Shown: positions 21,288 to 31,085, counted from the stretch's first letter. The stretch: 64,000 nucleotides of DNA from Nitrospirota bacterium (GCA_040754455.1 JBFMCP010000002.1:128001-192000), one strand, 5' to 3'. A program made the numbers and translations. Notes: a model not told the origin generated them from the sequence alone.

Positions 21288-21944
21288 ATGATGGAATTCA
21301 TTGCCACCTTTATTGATATTTTCACGCACCTGGACAAACACCTGAGCATGGTGATACAGCAGTACGGCACTTTGACCTACGTCATCCTTTTCCTCATCAT
21401 TTATTGTGAAACGGGATTGGTCGTTACACCATTTCTGCCCGGAGATTCGCTGCTTTTCGCCGCGGGCACCTTTGCCGCCCTCGGCGCACTGGATGTCAGC
21501 TGGCTCTTCGGTCTCCTCGTTGTTGCCGCCTTGGCGGGGAATACGACGAACTACTGGATCGGCCATTTTATCGGACCGAAGATATTCCGCAAAGAGGACG
21601 TGCGCTTTCTGAATAGGAAACATCTCGAACGCACGCATCACTTCTATGAGAAGTACGGCGGAAAGACGATCATCATCGCCCGCTTTGTTCCGATCGTCCG
21701 TACCTTTGCTCCTTTTGTCGCCGGTATCGGCAGGATGACCTACACCCGGTTTATCAGCTACGATGTCTTTGGAAGCACCGCGTGGATCGGTGTGTGCGTT
21801 TTTGCAGGATATTTTTTCGGCAACATTCCCGTGATCAAGCAGAACTTTTCTCTCGCGATCCTCGGTGTTATTTTTATCTCGATCATGCCCGGTCTCATTG
21901 AGTTGCTGCGACATCGCTTCCATACCGCACATCCGAAATCCTAA
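21288..21944 (+). CDS. dedA: DedA family membrane protein
   Basis: ETGLVVTPFLPGDSLLF, ARFVPIVRTFAPFVAG. Confidence 0.93.
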   Translation: MMEFIATFIDIFTHLDKHLSMVIQQYGTLTYVILFLIIYCETGLVVTPFLPGDSLLFAAGTFAALGALDVSWLFGLLVVAALAGNTTNYWIGHFIGPKIFRKEDVRFLNRKHLERTHHFYEKYGGKTIIIARFVPIVRTFAPFVAGIGRMTYTRFISYDVFGSTAWIGVCVFAGYFFGNIPVIKQNFSLAILGVIFISIMPGLIELLRHRFHTAHPKS

Positions 21945-21994
21945 GCACCGAGTCCTCAACAAATCCAAAATCCGAACTGATATAATACAGAGCT

Positions 21995-23593
21995 ATGAGC
22001 GCGAAAGGCAGAATTGCACGAGCAGCAGGGCTGATGTCCATTGCCACGTTCATCAGCCGCATACTCGGCTACGTCAAAGACATGATCCTCGCCGGAATTT
22101 TCGGTGCCACCGGCATTGCCGATGCCTTCTTCGTCGCTTTCAGGATTCCTAATCTTCTGCGCGAGCTCTTTGCCGAAGGCTCGATGTCCTCGGCGTTTAT
22201 CCCCGTCCTGACGGAATACCAGACAAAGCAGGGTCACGAGGCGGCGAACAGACTTGTCAGCTCTGTGTTCCTTTTTATCGTCCTCTTTGTCGGACTTCTG
22301 TGTGTACTCGGAATTACTTTTGCCCCTGCAATTGTTACGGCTATTGCGCCGGGGTTCCTGGATGATCCGGGCAAATTTTCGGTCGCCGTCATGCTGACCA
22401 GAATTATGTTCCCCTTTCTCCTGTTTATCAGCCTTGCTGCCCTCACCATGGGGGCTCTTAATACGAGGAAGGTATTCTTTATCCCCGCGTTGGCTCCGGC
22501 CGCGCTCAATGTTGTTATTATCGTTTGTGTACTAGTGCTGACGGGGTATTTTGCAAATCCGATTGTTGCGGTTGCTGTCGGCGTTGCCGCGGGGGGTCTT
22601 GTGCAGTTTCTCTTTCAGGTGCCTTCCTTTTTAAGACAGGGATATTCTTTTCTCCCACACGATCGATCAGTAAAGACCCTTGTTGCACTTCTGCAACATC
22701 CGGGATTGAAACGCATCGGCGTACTCGTCATCCCGGCAACTGCGGGTCTTGCCGTCAACCAGATCAATATATTCATAAGCACTGTTCTCGCATCGTATCT
22801 TCCGGAAGGGAGTATTACCTATCTTTATTATTCGATGCGGCTCGTCCAGTTTCCGATCGGTATCTTCGGTGTTGCCATGGGAATGGCGGTGCTGCCCGCC
22901 CTCTCGGAGCATTCGGTCCGCGGGGAAATGGACAAGCTGAAGGAGGATTTCTCCTTCGCTCTCCGCCTCCTGTTCTTCATTACCGTTCCGGCCATGGCCG
23001 GCCTCATCGCCCTCAAGGTTCCTATTGTTGCCACGCTCTTCCAGCGGGGGAAGTTCGGACCTGCAGCGACAGAGGCCACTGCCGATGCGCTCATGTTCTA
23101 TGCCCTCGGCATCTGGGCCATTGTCGGGGTCAGGACGATTGCGGCGACCTTCTATTCCGTACAGGACACGCGGACACCGGTAAAGATCGCTGCAGCGGCG
23201 ATGCTTGTCAATATAGGATTGAGCCTTTTGCTCATGGGGCCGATGCGGCACAGCGGACTTGCCCTTGCAAATGCTCTTGCCGCAGGAGTTAACTTTTCAT
23301 TGCTCTTTGTTTTGCTGCGCAGGAAGCTTGGCGGCGTAGGGACAAGGAGAATAGCGATATCCTTTGCAAAAACGCTGCTTGCCTCGCTGCTCATGGGGGG
23401 AGCGGGGTGGGTTGCCTCGCAGGGCGGAATATGGATGTCGAGCGGCAACGGACTCGATAAAGCTGCATATCTTGGCGGCCTCATGGCGCTCTGTGCGGTG
23501 CTGTATTTTGCCGTCACCTATTTGCTAAAAAGCGAAGAAATGGGGTATATCATAGAGAGGTGGAAAGGCAGAAAGAGAAAGGAGCATCGATGA
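21995..23593 (+). CDS. murJ: Lipid II flippase MurJ (MviN)
   Basis: SRILGYVKD, AFRIPNLLRELFAEG, many TM helices. Confidence 0.96.
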   Translation: MSAKGRIARAAGLMSIATFISRILGYVKDMILAGIFGATGIADAFFVAFRIPNLLRELFAEGSMSSAFIPVLTEYQTKQGHEAANRLVSSVFLFIVLFVGLLCVLGITFAPAIVTAIAPGFLDDPGKFSVAVMLTRIMFPFLLFISLAALTMGALNTRKVFFIPALAPAALNVVIIVCVLVLTGYFANPIVAVAVGVAAGGLVQFLFQVPSFLRQGYSFLPHDRSVKTLVALLQHPGLKRIGVLVIPATAGLAVNQINIFISTVLASYLPEGSITYLYYSMRLVQFPIGIFGVAMGMAVLPALSEHSVRGEMDKLKEDFSFALRLLFFITVPAMAGLIALKVPIVATLFQRGKFGPAATEATADALMFYALGIWAIVGVRTIAATFYSVQDTRTPVKIAAAAMLVNIGLSLLLMGPMRHSGLALANALAAGVNFSLLFVLLRRKLGGVGTRRIAISFAKTLLASLLMGGAGWVASQGGIWMSSGNGLDKAAYLGGLMALCAVLYFAVTYLLKSEEMGYIIERWKGRKRKEHR

Positions 23594-24219
23594 TCATCAA
23601 GACTGTGGTGGTGGGACCCCTTCAGGCGAACTGCATCATCATTGCGGATAAGGAATCCGGGAAGGCTATGGTGGTCGATCCCGGTGATGAGCCTGATAGA
23701 ATTCTGGATAGTATTAAAGAAAACAATTTAACCGTTGAATATATTGTCTGCACCCACGGCCACTTTGATCATGTGGGAGCGGTCCCCGAGCTTAAAAAAG
23801 AGACAGGAGCACCGGTGGTGATCCACAAGGATGAGTTGGTGATCTACAACGGTGCCAAAGATATGGCTGCCTTCTGGGGAGCTGAAATCGATCCCTTGCC
23901 GGAGCCGGATATCCTTGCAAAAGAGGGCGATATCCTTACCATCGGCACACTGCGCTTTGAGGTCTTTCATTCCCCCGGCCACAGCCCTGGCGGCATCTGT
24001 CTCTATCGGGAGGGGACGGTTATGACGGGAGATACCCTGTTTGCCGGGTCCATAGGGAGGACCGACTTCTACGGCGGCGATATCATAAAAATCAAAAAGT
24101 CTTTCCAGCGATTAATGGCGCTGCCCGATGCTACCAGAGTCTTCCCCGGCCACGGCCCTGCGACCACTATTGGCCGAGAGAAAAGGGAGAACATGTTTTC
24201 AGCAGAATTCCTTACATGA
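23590..24219 (+). CDS. MBL-fold hydrolase (glyoxalase II-like)
   Basis: THGHFDH, PGHSPG, GDTLF, PGHG. Confidence 0.92.
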   Translation: MIIKTVVVGPLQANCIIIADKESGKAMVVDPGDEPDRILDSIKENNLTVEYIVCTHGHFDHVGAVPELKKETGAPVVIHKDELVIYNGAKDMAAFWGAEIDPLPEPDILAKEGDILTIGTLRFEVFHSPGHSPGGICLYREGTVMTGDTLFAGSIGRTDFYGGDIIKIKKSFQRLMALPDATRVFPGHGPATTIGREKRENMFSAEFLT

Positions 24220-25943
24220 GACGTCGGATTACAAAAGTAAGAATCCAGGATACAGAATCCAGAATCCAGAATAAAAAACAGAGACAACAGAATCGCTGGC
24301 TTTACATCTTTCTCTTCTGGCTCCTGGCTCCCGGCATCTGGCTCCTGGCCTGTTCCGGCCAAAACACCTCTACTGATAACGCCCCCGGTAAAGGCACTGC
24401 TCCTCGGCCCGCTCTGAATGCCGCTCCGATTATTCTTTCCATCCTGCCGGTGGAGAGCGCGGGCGCTATGTATAAGCGATTCCTGCCGTTGAAGTATTAT
24501 CTTGAGCGGTCATTGAATGTGCCTGTTGTTATACGAATCGCCAAGGATTATGAGTCCGCCATCAACGAGCTGGGAAGCGGACAGGTCCATATGGCCTATC
24601 TTGACCCGGCTGCATACTGCGAAGTCAGAGCGCGCTATCGCGGCAAGGTCACTCCATTGGTAAGAGCGGTTGCAAAGGAGAACACATCATCGCGCAGCGT
24701 GCTTGTTGCAAAAAGCGGGACGGCGATCGAGAAGATCGTTGACGTGAGGGAAAAGCGACTTGCCTTCGGGAGCCGTCAGTCCTCATTCAGTTATCTTATA
24801 CCGCTCGCCATGCTGAATGATGTTGGTATCGGCATTGAGGACCTTGCTTCTGTCGACTATCTTGAGCAGGAGGACAGGGTTGCCCTGTCCGTCCTTGTCG
24901 GAAATCATGAGGTAGGGGCCATGAGCGAGCTGGTAGCGGCAAAGTATATCGACGACGGGTTGAGGATTATCAAACGGTCGGAGATTGTCCCTCAGTTTGT
25001 CCTCTGTTCCTCGATCGGCCTTTCACCGGAGCAGAGGAACGGGATTGTCAAGAACCTTACTTCGGCGCACGGCAGAGAAACCCTCTCGGCGATTGATAAA
25101 GATATGGAGTTTGTCGCTGCTGAGGACAGGGACTTTGATGTCATAAGGGTCATGATAAAGAATCTCACCGGAAAAAACTATATAGAGTATGGGCCGAAGA
25201 CGATCAAGGTTGCCGTGCTGCCTCTCTACTCGGCGGTAACGATATACAACAAGTATGATCCCCTCATGCGTTATCTTTCTCAGTTGACGGGCTATGAGTT
25301 CAAGCTGGTAATCCCGAAGGACTTTGATGACTTTGTCGGGACCGTCAAACGAAGGGCTGTTGACTTCTCCTATCAGAACCCCTATATTTTTGCGCTCATT
25401 GACCGCGAGGTCGATATAACCCCGCTCGTCACTACGGTCGATGAATACATGGAGGCGGGAGACCGGTTCAGGGGAGTGATTATAACCCGGAGTGATAGTC
25501 CTGTAAAGGATGTGAAAGAACTGAGAAACAAGAAAGTGCTCATTACCTCACCGAAGTCGGCGGGAGGTTATCTCTCGCAGCGGCTGTTTCTCCAGCAGAT
25601 GGGCATCGATACGGAACGCGATATGAAAATCATCGATGCAAAACGTCAGGAGAAGGTTATCCTGGGAGTCTACAAGGGTGAGGCCGACGCGGGCTTTGTT
25701 CGGGAATCCGCGTTGGATGTAGTAAAAGAGGAGTTCGATATGAAGAAGATTCGGGTACTGGCCAGGACCGAGCCGCTGCCTAACTGGCCCTTTGCACTCT
25801 GCAGAGAGCTCAATCCCGCCGTGGTGCAACAGGTGAAGCGTATCCTGACCGGTCTTGACAACCCGGAGATACTCGGGCCTGCGGGAATCAAGAGGTTCAA
25901 AGTTGCTAACGAGGCTGAATTCAACGTGCTCAAGAAATATTGA
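24216..25943 (+). CDS. Lipoprotein with two tandem PhnD/phosphonate-binding-type periplasmic domains
   Basis: LLAC lipobox; two copies of the pattern LP...PL..YL...(SSFSYL/SAGGYL)...D/E.V.L.V..G..E/D.G; no ABC permease or ATPase nearby. Confidence 0.8.
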   Translation: MRRRITKVRIQDTESRIQNKKQRQQNRWLYIFLFWLLAPGIWLLACSGQNTSTDNAPGKGTAPRPALNAAPIILSILPVESAGAMYKRFLPLKYYLERSLNVPVVIRIAKDYESAINELGSGQVHMAYLDPAAYCEVRARYRGKVTPLVRAVAKENTSSRSVLVAKSGTAIEKIVDVREKRLAFGSRQSSFSYLIPLAMLNDVGIGIEDLASVDYLEQEDRVALSVLVGNHEVGAMSELVAAKYIDDGLRIIKRSEIVPQFVLCSSIGLSPEQRNGIVKNLTSAHGRETLSAIDKDMEFVAAEDRDFDVIRVMIKNLTGKNYIEYGPKTIKVAVLPLYSAVTIYNKYDPLMRYLSQLTGYEFKLVIPKDFDDFVGTVKRRAVDFSYQNPYIFALIDREVDITPLVTTVDEYMEAGDRFRGVIITRSDSPVKDVKELRNKKVLITSPKSAGGYLSQRLFLQQMGIDTERDMKIIDAKRQEKVILGVYKGEADAGFVRESALDVVKEEFDMKKIRVLARTEPLPNWPFALCRELNPAVVQQVKRILTGLDNPEILGPAGIKRFKVANEAEFNVLKKY

Positions 25944-27592
25944 TGATGCGGTGCTCCGGATCAATACGATTGCGAAAAACAGTCAGGAATCTTTTCAGGA
26001 GGATGAGCCTTGTCAAAAAGTTCGCCACGGCGGTGGTCTTTCTCATCCTCGTTATCATGTTCATCTTCAGCTCTCTTATAATTACTCACCAGAGGGCAGC
26101 GCTGAAATCCGAGATGGACAGCAACGCCCTCGTCCTTGCCAAGAAACTTTCCAATGATGTGCTCGAACCGCTTATGATCATGGATCTGCTGAGGCTTGAT
26201 GAGCTCGTAAGGACGACCGCTCAGACACCCGCCTGTGTATATGCCGGCATTATCGCCAGAGACATGAGAATCGTTGCCCATACGAACCGCAAGCTGCTCG
26301 GACAGACGGTAAGCGGGATATCGTCGCAACAGCTCGCCGGCGCTTTTGAGCGCGGGAATGAATATACGCGGGATATTTCCGGTGAGGATGTGCGGGAAAT
26401 CATTATTCCGGTAAAGGTCGGGTATGAGGTTATGGGGGCAGTCGTTATCGGCTTTTCGAAGGATGCCATCAGAACGGTTATTGAAAACAACCTGAGCGGA
26501 CTGAAGAACTACCTGATCCTGATTTCCTTTGCCGTCACGATTGCGGGAATAGGCGGCGCCTACTGGCTTGCGCGGTTTCTTGCGATCCCGGTAAAAAAGC
26601 TCAAGGAGCAGATGGGACGTGTACAGGCGGGCGATCTGGATGTAGAGATTTATTCAGAGCACATTGTCGACTGCGCCGAGGTCCTCCGATGTGATACCAG
26701 GGAGTGTCCTGCCTATGGAAAAAAGCGGTGCTGGACTGTACCGGGAACGCTGTGCTTCGGATTGGTGCAGGGAGATGTGTCTGAAAAGATATGTGATTGC
26801 AGGAGATGTGTTGTCTATCGGAGTTCCTGCGGTGATGAAATCGGGGAACTCGTCGAGGTGTTCAACCAGATGGTTGAGCGGCTCAAGGATAATATCAAGG
26901 AACTGGAAGAGAGCAATAAGGAGAAGACCAGGATGGAGAAGCTTTCCGCCCTCGGTGAAATGGCGATGACCGTGGCCCATGAGATAAAGAATCCCCTGAA
27001 CGCCATTCGGGGGTCAGCCTCCTATCTTAAGGATAATTTTGAAGGGGAGATACTCAGGGAATTCCTCACGGTCATCGAGGAGGAAACGAAGCGGCTGAAT
27101 GAGATCGTCACCAGCATCCTCAGGTTCTCCAGGCCGACCCCTTTGAACCTGCAGGTCTCCGATCTGAACAAGGTGATCAGAGAGACCGTGGAGCTCATCA
27201 GGCAGGAGGCGGTGGAGAACAATGTCGAAGTGGTCGTGAATCTCGATGAGAGGATCCCGCTTTTCAGGTTCGATGCGCAGCAGTTTAAGCAGGCACTCCT
27301 CAATATTCTCGTCAACGCCCTTGAGACAACGAAGGCAGGAGATACGATAGGAATTGCCACCCAGCCCTTTGACTCCAGCGTACGCATTATGATAAAAGAT
27401 ACGGGAGCGGGTATTGCGAAGGAAATCATCTCCGAAATTTTCAAACCTTTCTTTACCACTAAAACCCGCGGCTCGGGTCTCGGCCTTGCCTGTGTCGAGC
27501 GGATTATCAAAGACCATAAAGGGGACATTACAGTCGTGAGTGAGGAGGGAAAGGGCACGGAGTTTACCATAACGCTGCCGCTTGGAAAATGA
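25940..27592 (+). CDS. Membrane sensor histidine kinase with Cys-rich insert in HAMP
   Basis: Two TM helices, HAMP, H-box AHEIKNPL, N box, DTGAGI, FFTTK..GSGLGL. Confidence 0.93.
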   Translation: MMMRCSGSIRLRKTVRNLFRRMSLVKKFATAVVFLILVIMFIFSSLIITHQRAALKSEMDSNALVLAKKLSNDVLEPLMIMDLLRLDELVRTTAQTPACVYAGIIARDMRIVAHTNRKLLGQTVSGISSQQLAGAFERGNEYTRDISGEDVREIIIPVKVGYEVMGAVVIGFSKDAIRTVIENNLSGLKNYLILISFAVTIAGIGGAYWLARFLAIPVKKLKEQMGRVQAGDLDVEIYSEHIVDCAEVLRCDTRECPAYGKKRCWTVPGTLCFGLVQGDVSEKICDCRRCVVYRSSCGDEIGELVEVFNQMVERLKDNIKELEESNKEKTRMEKLSALGEMAMTVAHEIKNPLNAIRGSASYLKDNFEGEILREFLTVIEEETKRLNEIVTSILRFSRPTPLNLQVSDLNKVIRETVELIRQEAVENNVEVVVNLDERIPLFRFDAQQFKQALLNILVNALETTKAGDTIGIATQPFDSSVRIMIKDTGAGIAKEIISEIFKPFFTTKTRGSGLGLACVERIIKDHKGDITVVSEEGKGTEFTITLPLGK

Positions 27593-28974
27593 ATATGGAT
27601 AAAGCTCAGGGGAACATATTGATCGTCGATGACGAGGCGAACATCCTCAAGGTGCTTTCGGCCATCCTCAAGAAAAACGGTTATGAGGTTGTGACCGCGC
27701 GTACCGCAGAAGAGGCGATGGAGAGGATTGCCAAGGCCGACTTTGATGCGATCATCACCGATTATAAGATGCCCGGAATGAGCGGCATGGAACTTCTGGA
27801 TCGTCTGAAGGAGAGGGATTACAAGACCCCCGTCATACTGCTCACCGCCTTCGGCACCATTGAGCGTGCAGTGGACGCCATGAGAAAAGGAGCCTTCAGT
27901 TACCTCGCGAAGCCGGTAAATCCCGATGAGCTGCTTACGGTTACCAGAGAGGCGGTTGAAAAGCATCGGTTGCTTGTTGAGAATATATCGCTCAAATCAC
28001 AGCTCAAAGAGCGCCACAGTTTCAAGAACATCATCGGCAAAAGCCATAGTATGCAGGATGTGTTCAATCTCATCGAGACGGTAGCCGGAAGTACTTCAAA
28101 TGTATTGATCACCGGCGAGAGCGGCACCGGGAAAGAGCTCGTGGCAAAGGCTATTCATTACGGGTCGCCGCGCGCGAACAACCCCTTCATTCCTATCGAT
28201 TGTGCGGCACTGCCCGAAGAGCTCCTCGAGAGTGAGCTCTTCGGACATGAACGGGGCTCCTTTACCGGAGCGTATGACCGGAAAGCGGGACAGATCGAGC
28301 TTGCCCACGGCGGCACCATCTTTCTCGATGAAATCGGCGAGCTGTCGTTGAATACGCAGAAGAAGTTTCTGCGTTTTCTCCAGGAGCGGGAGATTCTGAG
28401 GATCGGCGGAAAGAGCAGGATAAAGGTGGACGTGAGGATTATTGCTGCAACGAACCGGGACCTTGAGAAAGAGGTCGAGAAGGGCACCTTCAGGGGAGAT
28501 CTCTTCTACCGGCTCAATGTGGTGACGGTCGCCATACCCCCGCTCCGCGAACGCAGGGAGGACATTCCTCTCCTTGCCGGTCATTTTCTGAACAAGTTCA
28601 ACCAGACCAATAACAAAGCTATCGCCGCCATTGACAGTGAGGCGATGAGGGTCCTGATGGATTATGACTGGCCTGGCAATGTGCGGGAACTCGAGAATGT
28701 TATTGAGCGGGCAGTTGTCCTCTGTTCCACCGATGCCATTACCCTTAATTATCTGCCGAAATCGATTCGCGGTGACAGCCGTGCAATTGATCGGGGGAAC
28801 GGTGATGGATTGAACCTGCTCGAAACCGAAAAGAGGCTCATTGTCAGGGCGCTCGAGAAGACCTCATGGAACCAAACGAAGGCCGCGGGGGTCTTGGGAA
28901 TTTCGCGGAAACAGCTGAGAACAAAGATGAAACACCACGGGCTTCTTCTGGAAAATGGCGCTGATGATGAATAA
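27589..28974 (+). CDS. Sigma54-dependent response regulator (NtrC/AtoC family)
   Basis: REC domain, GESGTGKE, GSFTGA variant of GAFTGA, FLDEIGE, WPGNVREL, Fis-type HTH. Confidence 0.96.
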   Translation: MNMDKAQGNILIVDDEANILKVLSAILKKNGYEVVTARTAEEAMERIAKADFDAIITDYKMPGMSGMELLDRLKERDYKTPVILLTAFGTIERAVDAMRKGAFSYLAKPVNPDELLTVTREAVEKHRLLVENISLKSQLKERHSFKNIIGKSHSMQDVFNLIETVAGSTSNVLITGESGTGKELVAKAIHYGSPRANNPFIPIDCAALPEELLESELFGHERGSFTGAYDRKAGQIELAHGGTIFLDEIGELSLNTQKKFLRFLQEREILRIGGKSRIKVDVRIIAATNRDLEKEVEKGTFRGDLFYRLNVVTVAIPPLRERREDIPLLAGHFLNKFNQTNNKAIAAIDSEAMRVLMDYDWPGNVRELENVIERAVVLCSTDAITLNYLPKSIRGDSRAIDRGNGDGLNLLETEKRLIVRALEKTSWNQTKAAGVLGISRKQLRTKMKHHGLLLENGADDE

Positions 28975-29001
28975 TTTCAGAATACTCTTCGCTGCCGATA
29001 T

Positions 29002-29047
29002 TGTCCCAAATGGAACAGTTGCTCCTGTTGTTGTCCCGTTTGGGACA
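29002..29047. promoter_or_regulatory. Tandem palindromic enhancer (UAS) sites
   Basis: TGTCCCAAATGGAACA (29002-29017) and TGTCCCGTTTGGGACA (29032-29047), 30 bp apart, 85-130 bp upstream of a -24/-12 promoter. Confidence 0.75.
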
Positions 29048-29131
29048 GAGTCGATGTAGGGCCTGACCGCTCTCCCACCAAATTATCCTTTATTTACAAA
29101 GAACTATACGTGTATTAACGAGTGCCTGTAG

Positions 29132-29147
29132 TGGCATGTTTATTGCT
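29132..29147 (+). promoter_or_regulatory. Sigma54 -24/-12 promoter
   Basis: TGGCATGTTTATTGCT with exact GG-N10-GC spacing. Confidence 0.85.
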
Positions 29148-29308
29148 TTTTCTTATAGGCTGATAAGATTATCTGTGGATTGCGCCATTCCGCAAAAGGG
29201 GGGTGTTAAAAGGGCACATACGCGAAAGGACAATCCGTAAAGGTAGAGTGGAGGAGAGCGGCAGGGGGTCGCTCTCTAAAAGTGAAACGTAAAAAGGGAG
29301 GAGACAGT

Positions 29309-30616
29309 ATGAAACGTTTCTGGGTATCACTGGCCATCGCCCTGATGGCAACAGTCTTTATGATGTATCAAAATGGTGCTCTTGCCGAGAAACCGAAGGA
29401 TGCAAAGGCTCCTGCGGTTCAGGACATGAAGACGTCTGAAGCAAAGTCTGAAGCGAAACCTGAGGAAAAGAAAGACGAGCTGTCCGGCACCGTAACCGCT
29501 CAGATCGACAAGACGACGCTCAACAACGGCGGTACGATTACGGTTACCGGAACCGCCCCGGCAGGCAAGCCCGTGTATATTGAAGTATGGTCCGATAAAA
29601 AGGTACGTGCCTCCCGCTTCGACTCAGAAGTAGATAAGGATACGGGAAAGCGGCCGTATATCCTCTATATGACCTATGATATGCCCGCGTACTACAAAAT
29701 ATTTGTTCCGAAAGACCAGAAGGACACCCTCGTGAAGGTGAAAAAAGAGGGGAAAAAGTGGAGCTTTTCAAAAGCCCTCAAGGATGTGGGTGCTGATGCC
29801 GTTTATTCCGTACCGGCAAAAGCTAAAATCGACCGTTACCAGGCGACCCTGATGGGCAGCATCATCGGTTCCAGAGGGGAGCTGCTTCCTGCAATGGACG
29901 ATAAGGAAGGCAAGAAACGTTCCATGCAGCTCGTGAAGGCACGCTTCAGAGACGTGAACAAAGTGATGAGCCCTGATGTCGAGGTCAATCCCGACGGCAC
30001 GTTCAAGGCGGAGATAAAGATCCGCGAAGGCCTTGCACCGGGCAAATACACTCTGGTCGCTGCCGTCGATAAGAATACCAAGAGCCAGCCGATCACGTTC
30101 GAGAACAATATCGCGTTCCCGAACGTTTATCTCAGCAATGCGGGCACAAGCCTGAACCTCTTCGGCCCCTTCTTCCTGACGCTCGCCATCGCGATCTTCG
30201 GCGTGCTCATGGGGGCAGGCGGCGGGTTTATTATGAACCCCTTGCTGGTTTCCATCTGGCCCTTGCCCCACACCATCGTTGCAGGAACCGTTATGCCGAC
30301 CGTGCTCTTCTCCCAGGCGAGCGGTATCTATAATTATTCGAAGATCAAGTTCATCAGCTGGAAGCTCGGCGTTGCCATTGGCCTCGCCATGGTGGTGGGC
30401 GGTTTTATCGGCCCCAAGCTCACGGAGATGATCACCCTCGAGCAGTTCAAGTTTGTCTTCGGCTGGATACTGATTATCCTTGCAGGCTTGATGTTCTGGC
30501 AGACCACACCAGGGTATCTTGCCAAGAACAAGAAGGAGCAGGCGATTCTCAAAGAGTTCAAGAAAAAGGCCGAAGAAGCTGCGAAGGGCAAGACTGCCCC
30601 TGCTGAAGCGAAATAA
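29309..30616 (+). CDS. TSUP (TauE/SafE) transporter N-terminal half with large exported N-terminal domain
   Basis: Signal peptide, about 270 soluble residues, then GVLMGAGGGFIMNP and about 4 TM helices; GGAGG RBS. Confidence 0.82.
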   Translation: MKRFWVSLAIALMATVFMMYQNGALAEKPKDAKAPAVQDMKTSEAKSEAKPEEKKDELSGTVTAQIDKTTLNNGGTITVTGTAPAGKPVYIEVWSDKKVRASRFDSEVDKDTGKRPYILYMTYDMPAYYKIFVPKDQKDTLVKVKKEGKKWSFSKALKDVGADAVYSVPAKAKIDRYQATLMGSIIGSRGELLPAMDDKEGKKRSMQLVKARFRDVNKVMSPDVEVNPDGTFKAEIKIREGLAPGKYTLVAAVDKNTKSQPITFENNIAFPNVYLSNAGTSLNLFGPFFLTLAIAIFGVLMGAGGGFIMNPLLVSIWPLPHTIVAGTVMPTVLFSQASGIYNYSKIKFISWKLGVAIGLAMVVGGFIGPKLTEMITLEQFKFVFGWILIILAGLMFWQTTPGYLAKNKKEQAILKEFKKKAEEAAKGKTAPAEAK

Positions 30617-30628
30617 AGGAGGGCTACC

Positions 30629-31018
30629 ATGACAGTAGAATTCTGGGGACACGAATTTAAAGTAAATATAGTGCTGGGATGCATCGGAGGATTTCTGATC
30701 GCGGTCGTTTCATCGATGTTCGGCTTCGGCGGCGGGCCGTTCATGGTACCGCTGATGACCGTCGGCCTCGGGCTTCCGATGTATGTTGTTGTAGGCAGCT
30801 CGTTGCTTGCCATTTTCTTCAACACGCTGATGGGCACCATGCGTCATTATCAGTTCGGGAACTTCGATCTGATCTTCTTCCTCATTATGTTCCCCGCAGC
30901 AATTCTGGGCGGTTTTATCGCACCGCAGATCGCAAAACGCGTCAGCCCGCTTGTGGTAAAGAGAGTTGCAGTTGCGGGATTGCTTCTCCTGGCACTAAAC
31001 CTGCTGGGAGTATATTAA
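30629..31018 (+). CDS. TSUP (TauE/SafE) transporter C-terminal half
   Basis: SSMFGFGGGPFMVP repeat motif, about 4 TM helices, own AAGGAGG RBS. Confidence 0.82.
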   Translation: MTVEFWGHEFKVNIVLGCIGGFLIAVVSSMFGFGGGPFMVPLMTVGLGLPMYVVVGSSLLAIFFNTLMGTMRHYQFGNFDLIFFLIMFPAAILGGFIAPQIAKRVSPLVVKRVAVAGLLLLALNLLGVY

Positions 31019-31085
31019 TTAAATTTAAGCGAATGGTTTTCAGGATTATCCTCGTGACTGTTTGAGGATAACACCTCAGGAGTAC

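Noticed and set aside
24216..25943. Phosphonate ABC transporter (phnD)
   Set aside because: No phnC/phnE; the gene is coupled to a histidine kinase instead.
29160..29300. Riboswitch (Moco or c-di-GMP) in the ~150-nt leader
   Set aside because: Only short CCG(C/T)AAAGG-like motifs and one hairpin; no family consensus recognizable by eye. An Rfam/Infernal search would settle it.
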